Made by a program: the position numbers and the translations under genes | Part shown: piece after piece, positions 1 through 7,825 of the stretch | Numbering within the stretch: the first letter of the stretch is position 1 | Layout of the letters: each line of letters begins with the position of its first letter | The notes under the pieces: generated by a model | The model's input: the letters and a program-made list of their open reading frames with translations, nothing else | Databases searched by the model: none | What the model was told of the DNA's origin: nothing | Source: a virus | Taxonomy: Duplodnaviria; Caudoviricetes | DNA: 27,991 nucleotides | Virus record (IMG/VR): IMGVR_UViG_3300015370_000040 | Coordinates: 1-27,991 of that record | Direction: 5' to 3' (one strand)

Positions 1-2
1 AG

Positions 3-1643
3 GGCGTTCTTGCCTTGGGTATCTGCTTGGCTGAGCTCCTTGGCCGCCTGAACGGCCGCCAGGGCGCTTTCCTGCTTCTGCTGCTGGGCCTGCATCTGGG
101 CGCGGGCCTCGCGGCGCTTGGCCACCTCGTCAGAGTCGCGCAGGATGTTGACGGCCCCGCCCATGCGCTGGCCCTTCTCCTGCACCCACAAGTCAAGGTC
201 GATGTTGTCCATCGCTTCGGGGAATCCTTGGCCGGCTACAGCCAAAGTGCTTTCCACCAGCATGTCCATGTTGGTGATGCCAGCCATTTTCTGAGCCTGC
301 ACCAGCGGGCTGGTGTACTCGACACGGAGCGGCATGTCCTGAAGCTCGGGAGGCAGGGGCGGCAGCATCCCGGCCATGGCCATGAGGTCCGCCAGGCGCT
401 GCAAGCTGGGGCTGAGCCGCTGGGTGCCCAGGCCGTCCACCAGGGGGCCGAGCAGGATCACCTTTTCCTCGTCGCGCTTGATGATCTCTGTGGCCGTTGC
501 GTTAGGGTTGTTCATCAGGAAAATGAACAGGTCGTTGAAGAACGACTTGCCGATCATCTCCCGCAGATCCTGGATGGCCACCCAAAGGGCCTTCAGGTCG
601 GGATTCACATCGTACAGGGCCCGGATGCCATTCTTGGGGTCGCTGGGCCCGTAGGTGATGCCGCCGGGCAGTAGGTTTAGCCTGCCCTGGAACTGTTCCG
701 GCACCACCACCGGCGGGTCGCTCACCATGTGCTGCTGCTTGATCGCCGTCTTGGCGTACTCGTAAAGCAATTTCACGTCCGCGATGGCGTCCTGACCGGG
801 GCCGCGCCCATAGTCCTCATCACCCAGCCGGTCAAAGGTGGCGAACTGGTAGGGGAAGGTCTGATATCCCCCGCGCCTCAGCACCCGGTCATTGAGCCCG
901 ACCTCGTAGTAGCAGGACTTGAACGGCATGTTCAGGTTGTCGATGTAGCCGGGCTCACGTTCGGTGTTGGGGGTAACCACGTGCACCGCCAAGGCCTTTT
1001 TAAACGGTTGATTTTCAAGCAAGCGCTGAGATGAATCGCTCAGGTTGTCCTTGCCGAATCGCTCGGCCAGGGCCTTGACGGCAGGGCGGAACACCCGGAA
1101 CAGGGTGTCGATGTCGCCCTTCCAGTTGCGGCTGATCCAGTAGCGTCCGGCGGTGACGTTCTTCCATCGGGCCACGGTTTCGTCGTCCTGCTCGGCCATG
1201 GTGCAGGATGAACCAAAGCCCAGCATTTCGATGCTGGCACGGTATCCGGCCTCGTAGAAGCCGCCGGCGGGCAAAAGCTGCTGCATCGTTTCGGAGATGC
1301 TGTCAAGCACGCGGCGCACCGGGCCATAGTTGCCCAACTCGGGGTCGCCGGCCGGGGCGATCTTGAACCACGGGCGCGAGGGGGGCGTGATCCCCGCCCG
1401 GATGCCGGCGGCAGCGGTGCGCACGGCGCGGTATGGAGCGCCGTCATAGACGCTGGTGTTGCGCTTCTCGCCTTCTTGCCGGTTGTCGCCGTCCTCGGTC
1501 CAGTCGCCGGCCCGGGGGATCAGGTACTCGCTGATCTCCTTGCCGTTGGCGTCGTAGGTGGTGCGGGCGTTCTTGAGGTCGGCCCGCCACTGCTCGTAGA
1601 GCTGGACTTCGGTCTTGCCGTCTATGATTTTGGCCTCGATCAT
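3..1643 (-). CDS. Portal / head-to-tail connector protein (BPP-1 Bbp21 / T7 gp8-like), runs off the left edge
   Basis: Not in the ORF track because no stop lies inside the window. Manual translation from the ATG at 1643 gives MIEAKIIDGKTEVQLYEQWRADLKNARTTYDANGKEISEYLIPRAG...GIRAGITPPSRPWFKIA..., with the 'G.TPPSRPWF' motif typical of this family. It ends in ...ELSQADTQGKNA. Position downstream of terL fits. Confidence 0.9.
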   Translation of the reverse strand, partial: MIEAKIIDGKTEVQLYEQWRADLKNARTTYDANGKEISEYLIPRAGDWTEDGDNRQEGEKRNTSVYDGAPYRAVRTAAAGIRAGITPPSRPWFKIAPAGDPELGNYGPVRRVLDSISETMQQLLPAGGFYEAGYRASIEMLGFGSSCTMAEQDDETVARWKNVTAGRYWISRNWKGDIDTLFRVFRPAVKALAERFGKDNLSDSSQRLLENQPFKKALAVHVVTPNTEREPGYIDNLNMPFKSCYYEVGLNDRVLRRGGYQTFPYQFATFDRLGDEDYGRGPGQDAIADVKLLYEYAKTAIKQQHMVSDPPVVVPEQFQGRLNLLPGGITYGPSDPKNGIRALYDVNPDLKALWVAIQDLREMIGKSFFNDLFIFLMNNPNATATEIIKRDEEKVILLGPLVDGLGTQRLSPSLQRLADLMAMAGMLPPLPPELQDMPLRVEYTSPLVQAQKMAGITNMDMLVESTLAVAGQGFPEAMDNIDLDLWVQEKGQRMGGAVNILRDSDEVAKRREARAQMQAQQQKQESALAAVQAAKELSQADTQGKNA

Positions 1644-1646
1644 GTC

Positions 1647-2021
1647 CTACGCCATGCCGCCCAGGGAGGGCTGCAACAGGCTGGGGGTGCCGGTGACACC
1701 CCGGCCGCCGGTGAGGAGCGTTTCGGGCCCGGACGCGGCCAGGCGCCGGCGCCGCTTGTTTTTCTGATCGGTGATGGCTTGCTCAGCGTCGGTCTTGGCT
1801 TGTTCCTCGGCCAGGGCGTCTTGCTGCTGCTGTACCAGCGCCTTGTTGGCCTCGATCATGGCCGCCTGCTGTTCCGCGATGGCGGCCAAGGCCTCGGCTT
1901 GGCGTGCGGCGGCGTCCTCCTGGGCCTTGACCACGCCGGAGTAGTCCGGTGCCTCTGGGGCGTCACCAAACCACTTGCTGGGGTTGATCGCATCCACTAT
2001 GTCATTGGCAACGCCGCACAT
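1647..2021 (-). CDS. Small pre-portal virion protein (MC- N-terminus, Ala/Gln coiled coil, C-terminal 'RRR...TLLTG..G' motif)
   Basis: 124 aa, MCGVAND...KRRRRLAASGPETLLTGGRGVTG. Composition and position just upstream of the portal match small podovirus pre-portal proteins. Confidence 0.65.
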   Translation of the reverse strand: MCGVANDIVDAINPSKWFGDAPEAPDYSGVVKAQEDAAARQAEALAAIAEQQAAMIEANKALVQQQQDALAEEQAKTDAEQAITDQKNKRRRRLAASGPETLLTGGRGVTGTPSLLQPSLGGMA

Positions 2022-2030
2022 ATTCGCCTC

Positions 2031-2519
2031 CTAAAACAGCCTCGCGTACATGGTCCAGTCCTCACCCTGGGGGCCGTAGGCGCGAAGCACGGACTCGGCG
2101 CTGAATCCCAGCGCCCGCATGAACATATGGGCTTCCTTGCCGTCCTGGTTGCTGATCACGCCGTCGATTCGGTGCAGCTTGTGCTTGGCCGCCCAGGCCG
2201 CCACCTGCTCGGCGCAGAACTTGGCGATGCCGCCACGGTAGGGCTCCATGGCCCCGTTGGTGCCACCCAGGCTGAATGTCTCGGCCCGGCCCGGCCATTG
2301 GATTCGGATGCCCGCGATGTAGAATGCCCGGCCCGTCTCGGGGTCGATGCCCGCCACCCCCTCGCCCAGGCTGGCCAGGGTCAGGAAGTGATCCACCAGG
2401 CGCTCGTGGGCCGCCTCATCCTGTCCGGGGTACTGATCTTGTAGAACCTGCCGCACATGATCGGCGGTCATGTCCTGGACCAGGAAGCTGTATTCTTGCT
2501 TTTTGGCTGGCTGGCTCAT
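2031..2519 (-). CDS. GNAT-like acetyltransferase-fold protein of the podovirus morphogenesis module
   Basis: C-terminal 'HRIDGVISNQDGKEAHMFMRALGFSAESVLRAYGPQGEDWTMYARLF' resembles the GNAT motif B region. Start set to ATG 2519, preceded by GAGGGAGAG. Confidence 0.65.
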   Translation of the reverse strand: MSQPAKKQEYSFLVQDMTADHVRQVLQDQYPGQDEAAHERLVDHFLTLASLGEGVAGIDPETGRAFYIAGIRIQWPGRAETFSLGGTNGAMEPYRGGIAKFCAEQVAAWAAKHKLHRIDGVISNQDGKEAHMFMRALGFSAESVLRAYGPQGEDWTMYARLF

Positions 2520-2527
2520 GCTCTCCC

Positions 2528-3958
2528 TCAAATCGGGTTGTAGTCCATGCCGCTGACCCGTTGTTCCTGCTGCGGCACGCCGTCCATGGGGTTGTAATCG
2601 GTGATGGCTTGCTGCGGCCTGGCCATGACCTTGGGTAGAACCTCAAAAGCATGGGTAAGGGTCAGGGCGTCTGCAAAGTCGGGGCTGCCCACGCGCTTCT
2701 TGGTGTCGTCCTTGCGCTCCAGCTGGATGCGATTCTTGGAGTCGAAGCCGTAGACCGGAGCGGTTAGCTCCCGAACCAGGTCATCGTGGGGCGGTATCGC
2801 TCCACCGGATTCCAGCCATTCCTTGGCCCGCCACCACATTTCGGTACGCAGATTGTAAAACTGCTCGGCGTCGTGAGCCTGCTTGCCGGGGTTGATGCTG
2901 GCGATCTTGTTGCCCAGACCAAGCTGGGTCAGTCGGTCCACTACACCGGCCCCTATGCCCACGTCCTCGATGAACACCATGTCCAGGTTGTGGTTTTTGA
3001 TCTCCAAGGCGATGTTGCCAGCCAAGGTCATGGTGTCGATGCTGGGCCAGGACTTGATGCTATGAGCATAGAGCCCCTGGCGGTGAATCCACGTGGTCAT
3101 GTCATCGCCAAAGCGGGCCACGTCCACACCCAACACCCTGGCCGCGTGCTGGTAGGCGTCCGGCTGGAGGTGGCGCCCCATGGCCTCGTCCACCAACTCC
3201 TGGCTGATGAGCTGGTTGATGGCGGCGCGGGGAAACAGGCCCAGGACGCGCACACGGTAAATGTCGCTGTCCTGGCCATACTTTTGAGCCATGGTGGCCG
3301 GATAGTCGGCATCAACCAGGGGAGAGGTCTCGGAGTTGAAGCGAAGGCGATTCCAACGCGACTTGTCGTTGTTCCAGGAGTCGAACAAGTAGCCGCTGGT
3401 TTGGGTGGGGTTGCCCTGAATCAGGATGCGGTTGCCCGCCCCGGTCAAGGCCCCCTCCACAGGTTCAAATATCTTTGGGTCAACGCCGCTGGCCTCGTCA
3501 ACGATGAACAGCAAGTAATCACCGTGGAAGCCCTGGAGCGCGTCGGGGTTCTCCTTGCGGGCGGTGCGGGCCACCGCGTACCAGGTCTTGGGGTGCTTCT
3601 TGTTCTTGACCTTATCCGCGCCAACCTCGAACTGAAGCGCGAAATACGGCTCCATGTGGTTGTGCCACTTCTTGATCTCAGACCAGAGAATATCGTCAAG
3701 CTGGTGGCCGGTGGGGGCGGTGATGGGCACGCGGGAGTGGGGGTAGCAGCACAGGAACCACCAGGTCAGGAAGGCGGCGCCTGAACTTTTGCCGGTGCCG
3801 TGGCCCGAGGTTATGGAGGTCCGGGGGTGTTGCCGGACTGAGCGAAGCAGATTCTTCTGGTCCTGGGTCGGCTCGGTTTTCATGACCTCTTGCACAAACA
3901 GCACCGGGTCATCCCGATACTGCTTGATCTTGGCCGCCATGCGGTCTAGGTCATTCAT
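2528..3958 (-). CDS. terL: Terminase large subunit
   Basis: Walker A SGHGTGKS, Walker B FIVDEASG, coupling motif GNP, RNase H-like nuclease motifs GVDVARFGDD and SPDFADAL. Confidence 0.95.
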   Translation of the reverse strand: MNDLDRMAAKIKQYRDDPVLFVQEVMKTEPTQDQKNLLRSVRQHPRTSITSGHGTGKSSGAAFLTWWFLCCYPHSRVPITAPTGHQLDDILWSEIKKWHNHMEPYFALQFEVGADKVKNKKHPKTWYAVARTARKENPDALQGFHGDYLLFIVDEASGVDPKIFEPVEGALTGAGNRILIQGNPTQTSGYLFDSWNNDKSRWNRLRFNSETSPLVDADYPATMAQKYGQDSDIYRVRVLGLFPRAAINQLISQELVDEAMGRHLQPDAYQHAARVLGVDVARFGDDMTTWIHRQGLYAHSIKSWPSIDTMTLAGNIALEIKNHNLDMVFIEDVGIGAGVVDRLTQLGLGNKIASINPGKQAHDAEQFYNLRTEMWWRAKEWLESGGAIPPHDDLVRELTAPVYGFDSKNRIQLERKDDTKKRVGSPDFADALTLTHAFEVLPKVMARPQQAITDYNPMDGVPQQEQRVSGMDYNPI

Positions 3959-4403
3959 CGGTGGACACCGTTGCCTCTAGGCGGGCCAACACCTTGTCCA
4001 GGCTGGGAATGTCCACCTCTACCAAGTCCTTGAACATGCCCAGGTGCTTGCCGATCAGTTCCAAACTCTTGTTGGCTCCGGAGTGTTCAAAGCGAAACTC
4101 GCCAGTTTCTTTTCCCTCGGAGTCCAACACGGGTACCTCTTGCATGCACCTCTCGGCCACGGTCCGAAGCTTTTTGACTACCCATGTGGCGCTAACGTCG
4201 GCTTGTTCCTCAAGCTTTTCGATCTTTTTGCGCAAAGCAGCGCCAACCTCAGCATGCTTCAACAGCCGCTGGCCTTGAGAATAGGCTGATTTCTTACTAT
4301 ATCCCGCACGGATAGCCGCCTGTGTCGCGTTGCAGTCCTTTGCATACTCGCGCACAAACTTTTTTTGTTTTTCGTTGAGATTCTTTTTGGCCTTGCCAGC
4401 CAT
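3951..4403 (-). CDS. terS: Terminase small subunit
   Basis: LNEKQKKFVREYAKDCNATQAAIRAGYSKKSAYSQGQRLLK HTH motif and C-terminal KSLELIGKHLGMF. Overlaps the terL start. Confidence 0.93.
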   Translation of the reverse strand: MAGKAKKNLNEKQKKFVREYAKDCNATQAAIRAGYSKKSAYSQGQRLLKHAEVGAALRKKIEKLEEQADVSATWVVKKLRTVAERCMQEVPVLDSEGKETGEFRFEHSGANKSLELIGKHLGMFKDLVEVDIPSLDKVLARLEATVSTDE

Positions 4404-4420
4404 TGGACCCCTTGTGGTAG

Positions 4421-4458
4421 GCCCTGAGCCCCGGTTGGGTTAGGCCGGAGCCCAGGGC
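4421..4458 (-). promoter_or_regulatory. 14-bp stem-loop in the terS 5' leader
   Basis: Minus strand GCCCTGGGCTCCGG-CCTAACCCAA-CCGGGGCTCAGGGC. Two G.U pairs form only on the minus-strand RNA. Confidence 0.5.
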
Positions 4459-4493
4459 GGGAGGGAGAAGGCATGAGCGTGCCTAGTGGTGTA

Positions 4494-4523
4494 ATTTTCG
4501 GGGGTTTGGGGGTTTTATGGCAA
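4494..4523 (-). promoter_or_regulatory. Putative sigma70-type promoter for the late (terS) operon
   Basis: TTGCCA (4518-4523), 18-nt spacer, GAAAAT (4494-4499), with an AT-rich tract upstream at about 4556-4590. Confidence 0.4.
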
Positions 4524-4598
4524 GCGGAAAATAGGGGAAAGGGGACAAATACGGGATAACTATTTTAATTTATTAGTAATATATTTTATTACCACGAG

Positions 4599-4614
4599 TG
4601 TTTCACGTGAAAAA
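4599..4614. promoter_or_regulatory. parS-like palindrome
   Basis: TGTTTCACGTGAAAAA against the bacterial parS consensus TGTTTCACGTGAAACA: 15/16 match. Intergenic, next to an AT-rich tract. Confidence 0.65.
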
Positions 4615-4655
4615 ATATGGCTGCCAGGGGGTGCCGGGGTGGGCTATAAGATTAT

Positions 4656-4871
4656 TCATCCCCCCACCGCCTCTTTGAACTTGCCCTCCGAAACTGGCCG
4701 CACGCGATGAAGCACGCGCCGGTCGGCATTCTCAAATTGAGTGCAGCCGCAGTCTGGGCACCGGCCCAGTCCTTTGAACCTGAACGGCACCACGTGCAGG
4801 CCACACCGGACGCACCGCAGGCATCCGTCGCGGCGCAGCAGGTCGGTGGTGGATAGGGGGTGATCGCTCAC
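4656..4871 (-). CDS. Small zinc-ribbon protein
   Basis: CVRC...CPDCG, ATGA-coupled to the upstream gene. Last gene before the late promoter region. Confidence 0.6.
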   Translation of the reverse strand: MSDHPLSTTDLLRRDGCLRCVRCGLHVVPFRFKGLGRCPDCGCTQFENADRRVLHRVRPVSEGKFKEAVGG

Positions 4872-5170
4872 TGCACCGTCTCCTTTTTCACGGGAAACTC
4901 CTTGCCCTCTTGTTCCAGTTGCAGCGCCCGCAGCATGGCCGCTGTAGCCAGAGCCAAGTGGGGCAAATCCACCTCGCCGGACACGTAGGCCTTCAGGTGG
5001 GCGCTGGACTCGATAAGATGATCCGTGATGCTCTGCCCTCGCCAGGCGCCGGGTACGCTGGTTCGTAGTCCCAGGAGCACCGCCCTGCCCGCGGCCCGCA
5101 GCGCTTCGGGGAATATTTTGAATACCTGGCGGACGGCCTCGGCCTTCTGCTTGCGTGATGTGCGGTTCAT
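4868..5170 (-). CDS. Divergent DUF5664 / dGTP-diphosphohydrolase-N-like protein
   Basis: PEALRAAGRAVLLG...GAWRGQSITDHLIESSAHLKAYVSGEVDLPHLALATAAML follows the family pattern (peal..va.v..fGa.KY...nW...RH....G....pHLaha). The KY and RH positions are altered. Confidence 0.5.
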   Translation of the reverse strand: MNRTSRKQKAEAVRQVFKIFPEALRAAGRAVLLGLRTSVPGAWRGQSITDHLIESSAHLKAYVSGEVDLPHLALATAAMLRALQLEQEGKEFPVKKETVQ

Positions 5171-5403
5171 GGGCGGATCACCTCTCCGGGCATAAAGTTA
5201 AAATGCTCTACCCCCTCCAGCACGATCTTCTTTGGCATCCATATCTGGCCGACCATCCTTGCTGCCAGCTTCTCCGCCGGGCTCCGCTCGCCGTTGTTGG
5301 CTCGGGAGTCTCCACCGGTGTGGGTCATCTGAACAGAAACAGACGCCGGTCCGGCCGGGTGACTTTCGTAGTCGTCCTCAACCGTGATTATGATCTTGGC
5401 CAT
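5167..5403 (-). CDS. Hypothetical protein
   Basis: 78 aa ORF with AGGAG RBS, coupled to its neighbours. Confidence 0.6.
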   Translation of the reverse strand: MAKIIITVEDDYESHPAGPASVSVQMTHTGGDSRANNGERSPAEKLAARMVGQIWMPKKIVLEGVEHFNFMPGEVIRP

Positions 5404-5404
5404 G

Positions 5405-5683
5405 CTACCACTCCTGCCCTATTCGGTGAGCCTCACCCCCATCCGCTCGTTTTCCTCGCCCAGCCGCGCCACCTCCCTGACCGGTCAGCTCTGCATAGTG
5501 GCACGCCACCGCTTCCGCCTTGGTGGTGCGCTGGGCAAGTTCGGTGAGCCTCGCCTCCAGCTTCTCGTTTTCCTCGCCCAGCCGCGCCACCTCGCGGGCA
5601 AGGTCGGCCAGCTCGGGAGGCGCCGGGTAATTACCCCAACAAACCATTTCGTTGATTTCTTCAAACTTCCCAAACTTCCTCAT
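5405..5683 (-). CDS. Coiled-coil hypothetical protein with a probable frameshifted C-terminus
   Basis: Contains a 54-bp internal duplication whose second copy is out of frame (see findings). Confidence 0.55.
   Translation of the reverse strand: MRKFGKFEEINEMVCWGNYPAPPELADLAREVARLGEENEKLEARLTELAQRTTKAEAVACHYAELTGQGGGAAGRGKRADGGEAHRIGQEW
5422..5593. repeat. Imperfect 54-bp direct repeat (5422-5475 / 5540-5593)
   Basis: Includes an exact 30-bp core CTCGTTTTCCTCGCCCAGCCGCGCCACCTC at 5446-5475 and 5564-5593. Confidence 0.9.
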
Positions 5684-6243
5684 CTCCCGCTCCTTTCTCT
5701 GGCCTGCCGGCCGTCCTTGGGCTCAGGCAGACCCTTGATTTTGTCCGTCAGCTCCTTGACCGCCGCTGGCCCTTCCACCAGCACCCGCTCGCTGCCGTGG
5801 ACCGCCTTGTAAAGCTCGGTCCACTCCTTGCGCCTCCAGTGCAGGTCGGCCTCCTTCCACTCCAGCATCGCGCCCCTGCCGCCCATTTGTTGCAGCACCA
5901 GCAGGGCCGTGGGGTTGAGGTAGTCAGCCGGCCCGGGGTTGTCCTCGGCGTAGAAAGTGAACCAGGCCCCCTTGTCCGCCGCAACCCAAAGCTGTTTCCA
6001 CTGGTGCTCGGCCTCCAGGGCCAGGGCGTCCTCTGGCTTGCCCTCGATGGCGTCCAGCAGGTCGGCAACGGTGGGGAAAAAACGGCTGGTGCGGAGGATC
6101 CGCTTCACCGCTTCGCCTATGGCCTGGTCGTCGAAGGGTGCCAGGCTTTCCATAATCAGCCCCATGCGGGCCTTGGATATCTCCTGGTTGAAGTTCTCGG
6201 CCATGGCCAGGATCATGGTGGCGACCTGTGCTTTATTTTGCAT
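5680..6243 (-). CDS. Replicative helicase loader/inhibitor-like protein
   Basis: N-terminal 'AIGEAVKRILRTSRFFPTVADLL' motif typical of phage loader/inhibitor proteins. Immediately downstream of the initiator. Confidence 0.7.
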   Translation of the reverse strand: MQNKAQVATMILAMAENFNQEISKARMGLIMESLAPFDDQAIGEAVKRILRTSRFFPTVADLLDAIEGKPEDALALEAEHQWKQLWVAADKGAWFTFYAEDNPGPADYLNPTALLVLQQMGGRGAMLEWKEADLHWRRKEWTELYKAVHGSERVLVEGPAAVKELTDKIKGLPEPKDGRQARERSGR

Positions 6244-7027
6244 CGTTTTCCTCCAGCCATGCCTGCATGTTCGCCGCCGTCCTCTGCCCCTTCTCGCTCA
6301 AGGGGCTGGGGTTGGGGATGGCGGGCGGCTCGTCTTCCCAGCGCTCCTGGTTCAAGTACGTGGCCGGGTTGGGGATGAACTGGCCCCGGTCCTTAGTCCA
6401 TTGCTCGCTTTTGGTTTGCCACTCCAGGGCGGTCAGGATTTTTTGAAGCAAGGCGGCAGATGGGTTGATTTTGGCCCAAGCCTTCTTGGCCGCACCCTTG
6501 CCTGTTTTTTTGGGGTAGGCTGACCAATATGTCTTAAATCTTTCTTCTTGTATTTGTGACTGTGACTGTGACTGTGAATAGCTTTCGTCTGGGTTACGTT
6601 TAGCTAACCCAGGGTTAACCGGATGGGTTTTTTTGTTAGTATTATCAATATTGAGACCGGTATCTTGTTTTGGGGGACGCCCGCCTTTTTGGCCGTTGAC
6701 GCGCGCTATTTCTGCAATTTCCTCTGCTTTTCGCCACTCAGCGATCAATCTTTTGTTCGTCAAAAACCCATCAAAAACCGGGTGGGTTATGAAGCACGGA
6801 TCATCCTGGTCTTGGATTTGCTCCCAGTCCCGCCGAAACTCGTCCAGGGGCATCCCGGCCAGGGCCGCCAGCTTGCGCTCGTTGGCGGGCAGCTTGGCCC
6901 CGGCGATCCAGGCCCGGTCAAGCAGCTCCCGGTATGTGAGCTTGGCCGACCTGTCCAGGCAGATGTATTTTGGGTCGTTCAGGATGTCCGCTGGATACCA
7001 GGCCAGCCATGGGCGGGCGGTGCTCAT
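6233..7027 (-). CDS. Phage replication initiator (DUF1376/YdaU-like N-terminus)
   Basis: PWLAWYPADIL...YRELLDRAW N-domain, 'NGQKGGRP' linker, and C-domain FKTYWSAYPKKTGK...FIPNPATYLNQERWEDE. Confidence 0.85.
   Translation of the reverse strand: MSTARPWLAWYPADILNDPKYICLDRSAKLTYRELLDRAWIAGAKLPANERKLAALAGMPLDEFRRDWEQIQDQDDPCFITHPVFDGFLTNKRLIAEWRKAEEIAEIARVNGQKGGRPPKQDTGLNIDNTNKKTHPVNPGLAKRNPDESYSQSQSQSQIQEERFKTYWSAYPKKTGKGAAKKAWAKINPSAALLQKILTALEWQTKSEQWTKDRGQFIPNPATYLNQERWEDEPPAIPNPSPLSEKGQRTAANMQAWLEENDAK
6555..6652. repeat. Putative replication origin within the initiator gene
   Basis: (TGTGAC)x3+TGTGA at 6555-6577, clustered GGGTT/AACCC motifs at 6591, 6606, 6612 and 6625, and an AT-rich tract at 6628-6652. 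The location in the initiator linker is as in lambdoid ori. Confidence 0.5.
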
Positions 7028-7669
7028 CTATTCCCAGCCCGGTCCCATTATCATCTTGGGAAGCTGTCCGCTGACTTTGTGCTCCTCCATGTGCTTAAAC
7101 TCCACCACCCACACGTATGGGTTGTCCGCCCAAGACCGCCCCGGCTTCTTGCCGTTGATGGAGTCCCAAAGGGCACTGAACACATCAACGGGAGAGGGGA
7201 GGGATTGCGAAACGGGCGCATAGGCTGGCAAATCAATCCCCTCGGCCCAGGCGTCTTGTGGGCTTATCTCCAGCACCCGCTCCACCCTCACGCCTGTAAC
7301 CTCAAGGGTGATGCGAGAATAGGCCCTTGGCATATGGATTGACGGCTTCCATTTATCATCCACGTTGGGCGCGACCCCATCGGCCCGATAACAGGGCAGG
7401 CCCCCCCGCCCCACCAGAAAGGCCTCCCTGACCCACAGCCTGTCCCCCGGCTGGCCGTAGGGGCACTTAGTGGGCAAAAGCATGGGAAGGCCAACGTCTT
7501 TCGCCCACCCGGTGTATGGGGTGTCGCTGGGGGGTATGGTTGTCCCTTCGGGCAACCACAGATAGGCTCGCGGGGTTTGGTCTTTGCAAACCCGCCTCGT
7601 TTGAGTCTTGCGCCCCTCAAGGATGGCGCGAACCATCGGGCCACTGAATATGATTGGCCGTTCCTTCAT
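7028..7669 (-). CDS. ASCH/PUA-like phage protein ('MKERPIIFSGPMVRAILEGRKTQTRR' family)
   Basis: Canonical motifs GRKTQTRR, CPYGQPGDRLWVRE, WKPSIHMPRAYSRITLEV, WADNPYVWVVEF. Confidence 0.8.
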   Translation of the reverse strand: MKERPIIFSGPMVRAILEGRKTQTRRVCKDQTPRAYLWLPEGTTIPPSDTPYTGWAKDVGLPMLLPTKCPYGQPGDRLWVREAFLVGRGGLPCYRADGVAPNVDDKWKPSIHMPRAYSRITLEVTGVRVERVLEISPQDAWAEGIDLPAYAPVSQSLPSPVDVFSALWDSINGKKPGRSWADNPYVWVVEFKHMEEHKVSGQLPKMIMGPGWE

Positions 7670-7676
7670 GACAACC

Positions 7677-7758
7677 TCACAAAAAAATCGGCAGCCTTAC
7701 TCCCGGTGGTAATGACCGGCCCCGCGCTCGCGCTACGGGGAGACTGCCGAAACTGTGA
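7677..7758 (-). ncRNA. C4/CI-like antisense RNA
   Basis: Closing stem TCGGCAGTCT/AGGCTGCCGA (G.U valid on minus), hairpin CCCCG...GGGG, hairpin CCGGT-CATTACC-ACCGG and bulge GAGTA. Loop and bulge are complementary to upstream GGTAATG and TACTC boxes. Confidence 0.7.
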
Positions 7759-7793
7759 TTTATGGTTCATATCATTACCTTCCGAGTACAGCC

Positions 7794-7822
7794 ATTATCT
7801 CAAACCCGCGCACCAGTGTCAA
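7794..7822 (-). promoter_or_regulatory. Sigma70 promoter driving the C4-like RNA and replication genes
   Basis: TTGACA (7817-7822), 17-nt spacer, GATAAT (7794-7799). Confidence 0.8.
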
Positions 7823-7825
7823 TCA

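Noticed and set aside
15-3784. Long + strand ORFs (15-674, 1476-2444, 2786-3784)
   Set aside because: Antisense shadows of the GC-rich portal, GNAT and terminase genes, with no recognisable motifs.
4868-5170. Z-genome (2-aminoadenine) pathway suggested by the DUF5664-like gene
   Set aside because: No PurZ, dATPase or phage DNA polymerase is seen, and the domain appears degenerate.
5422-5593. Possible DGR template/variable repeat pair (BPP-1-like phages often carry DGRs)
   Set aside because: Mismatches include C>A and C>T changes, so they are not adenine-specific. No reverse transcriptase is in the window and the repeat is not in a fiber gene.
7677-7758. tRNA-like cloverleaf
   Set aside because: Only two internal hairpins, no T-loop GTTC motif and no D-loop; it fits a C4-like RNA better.
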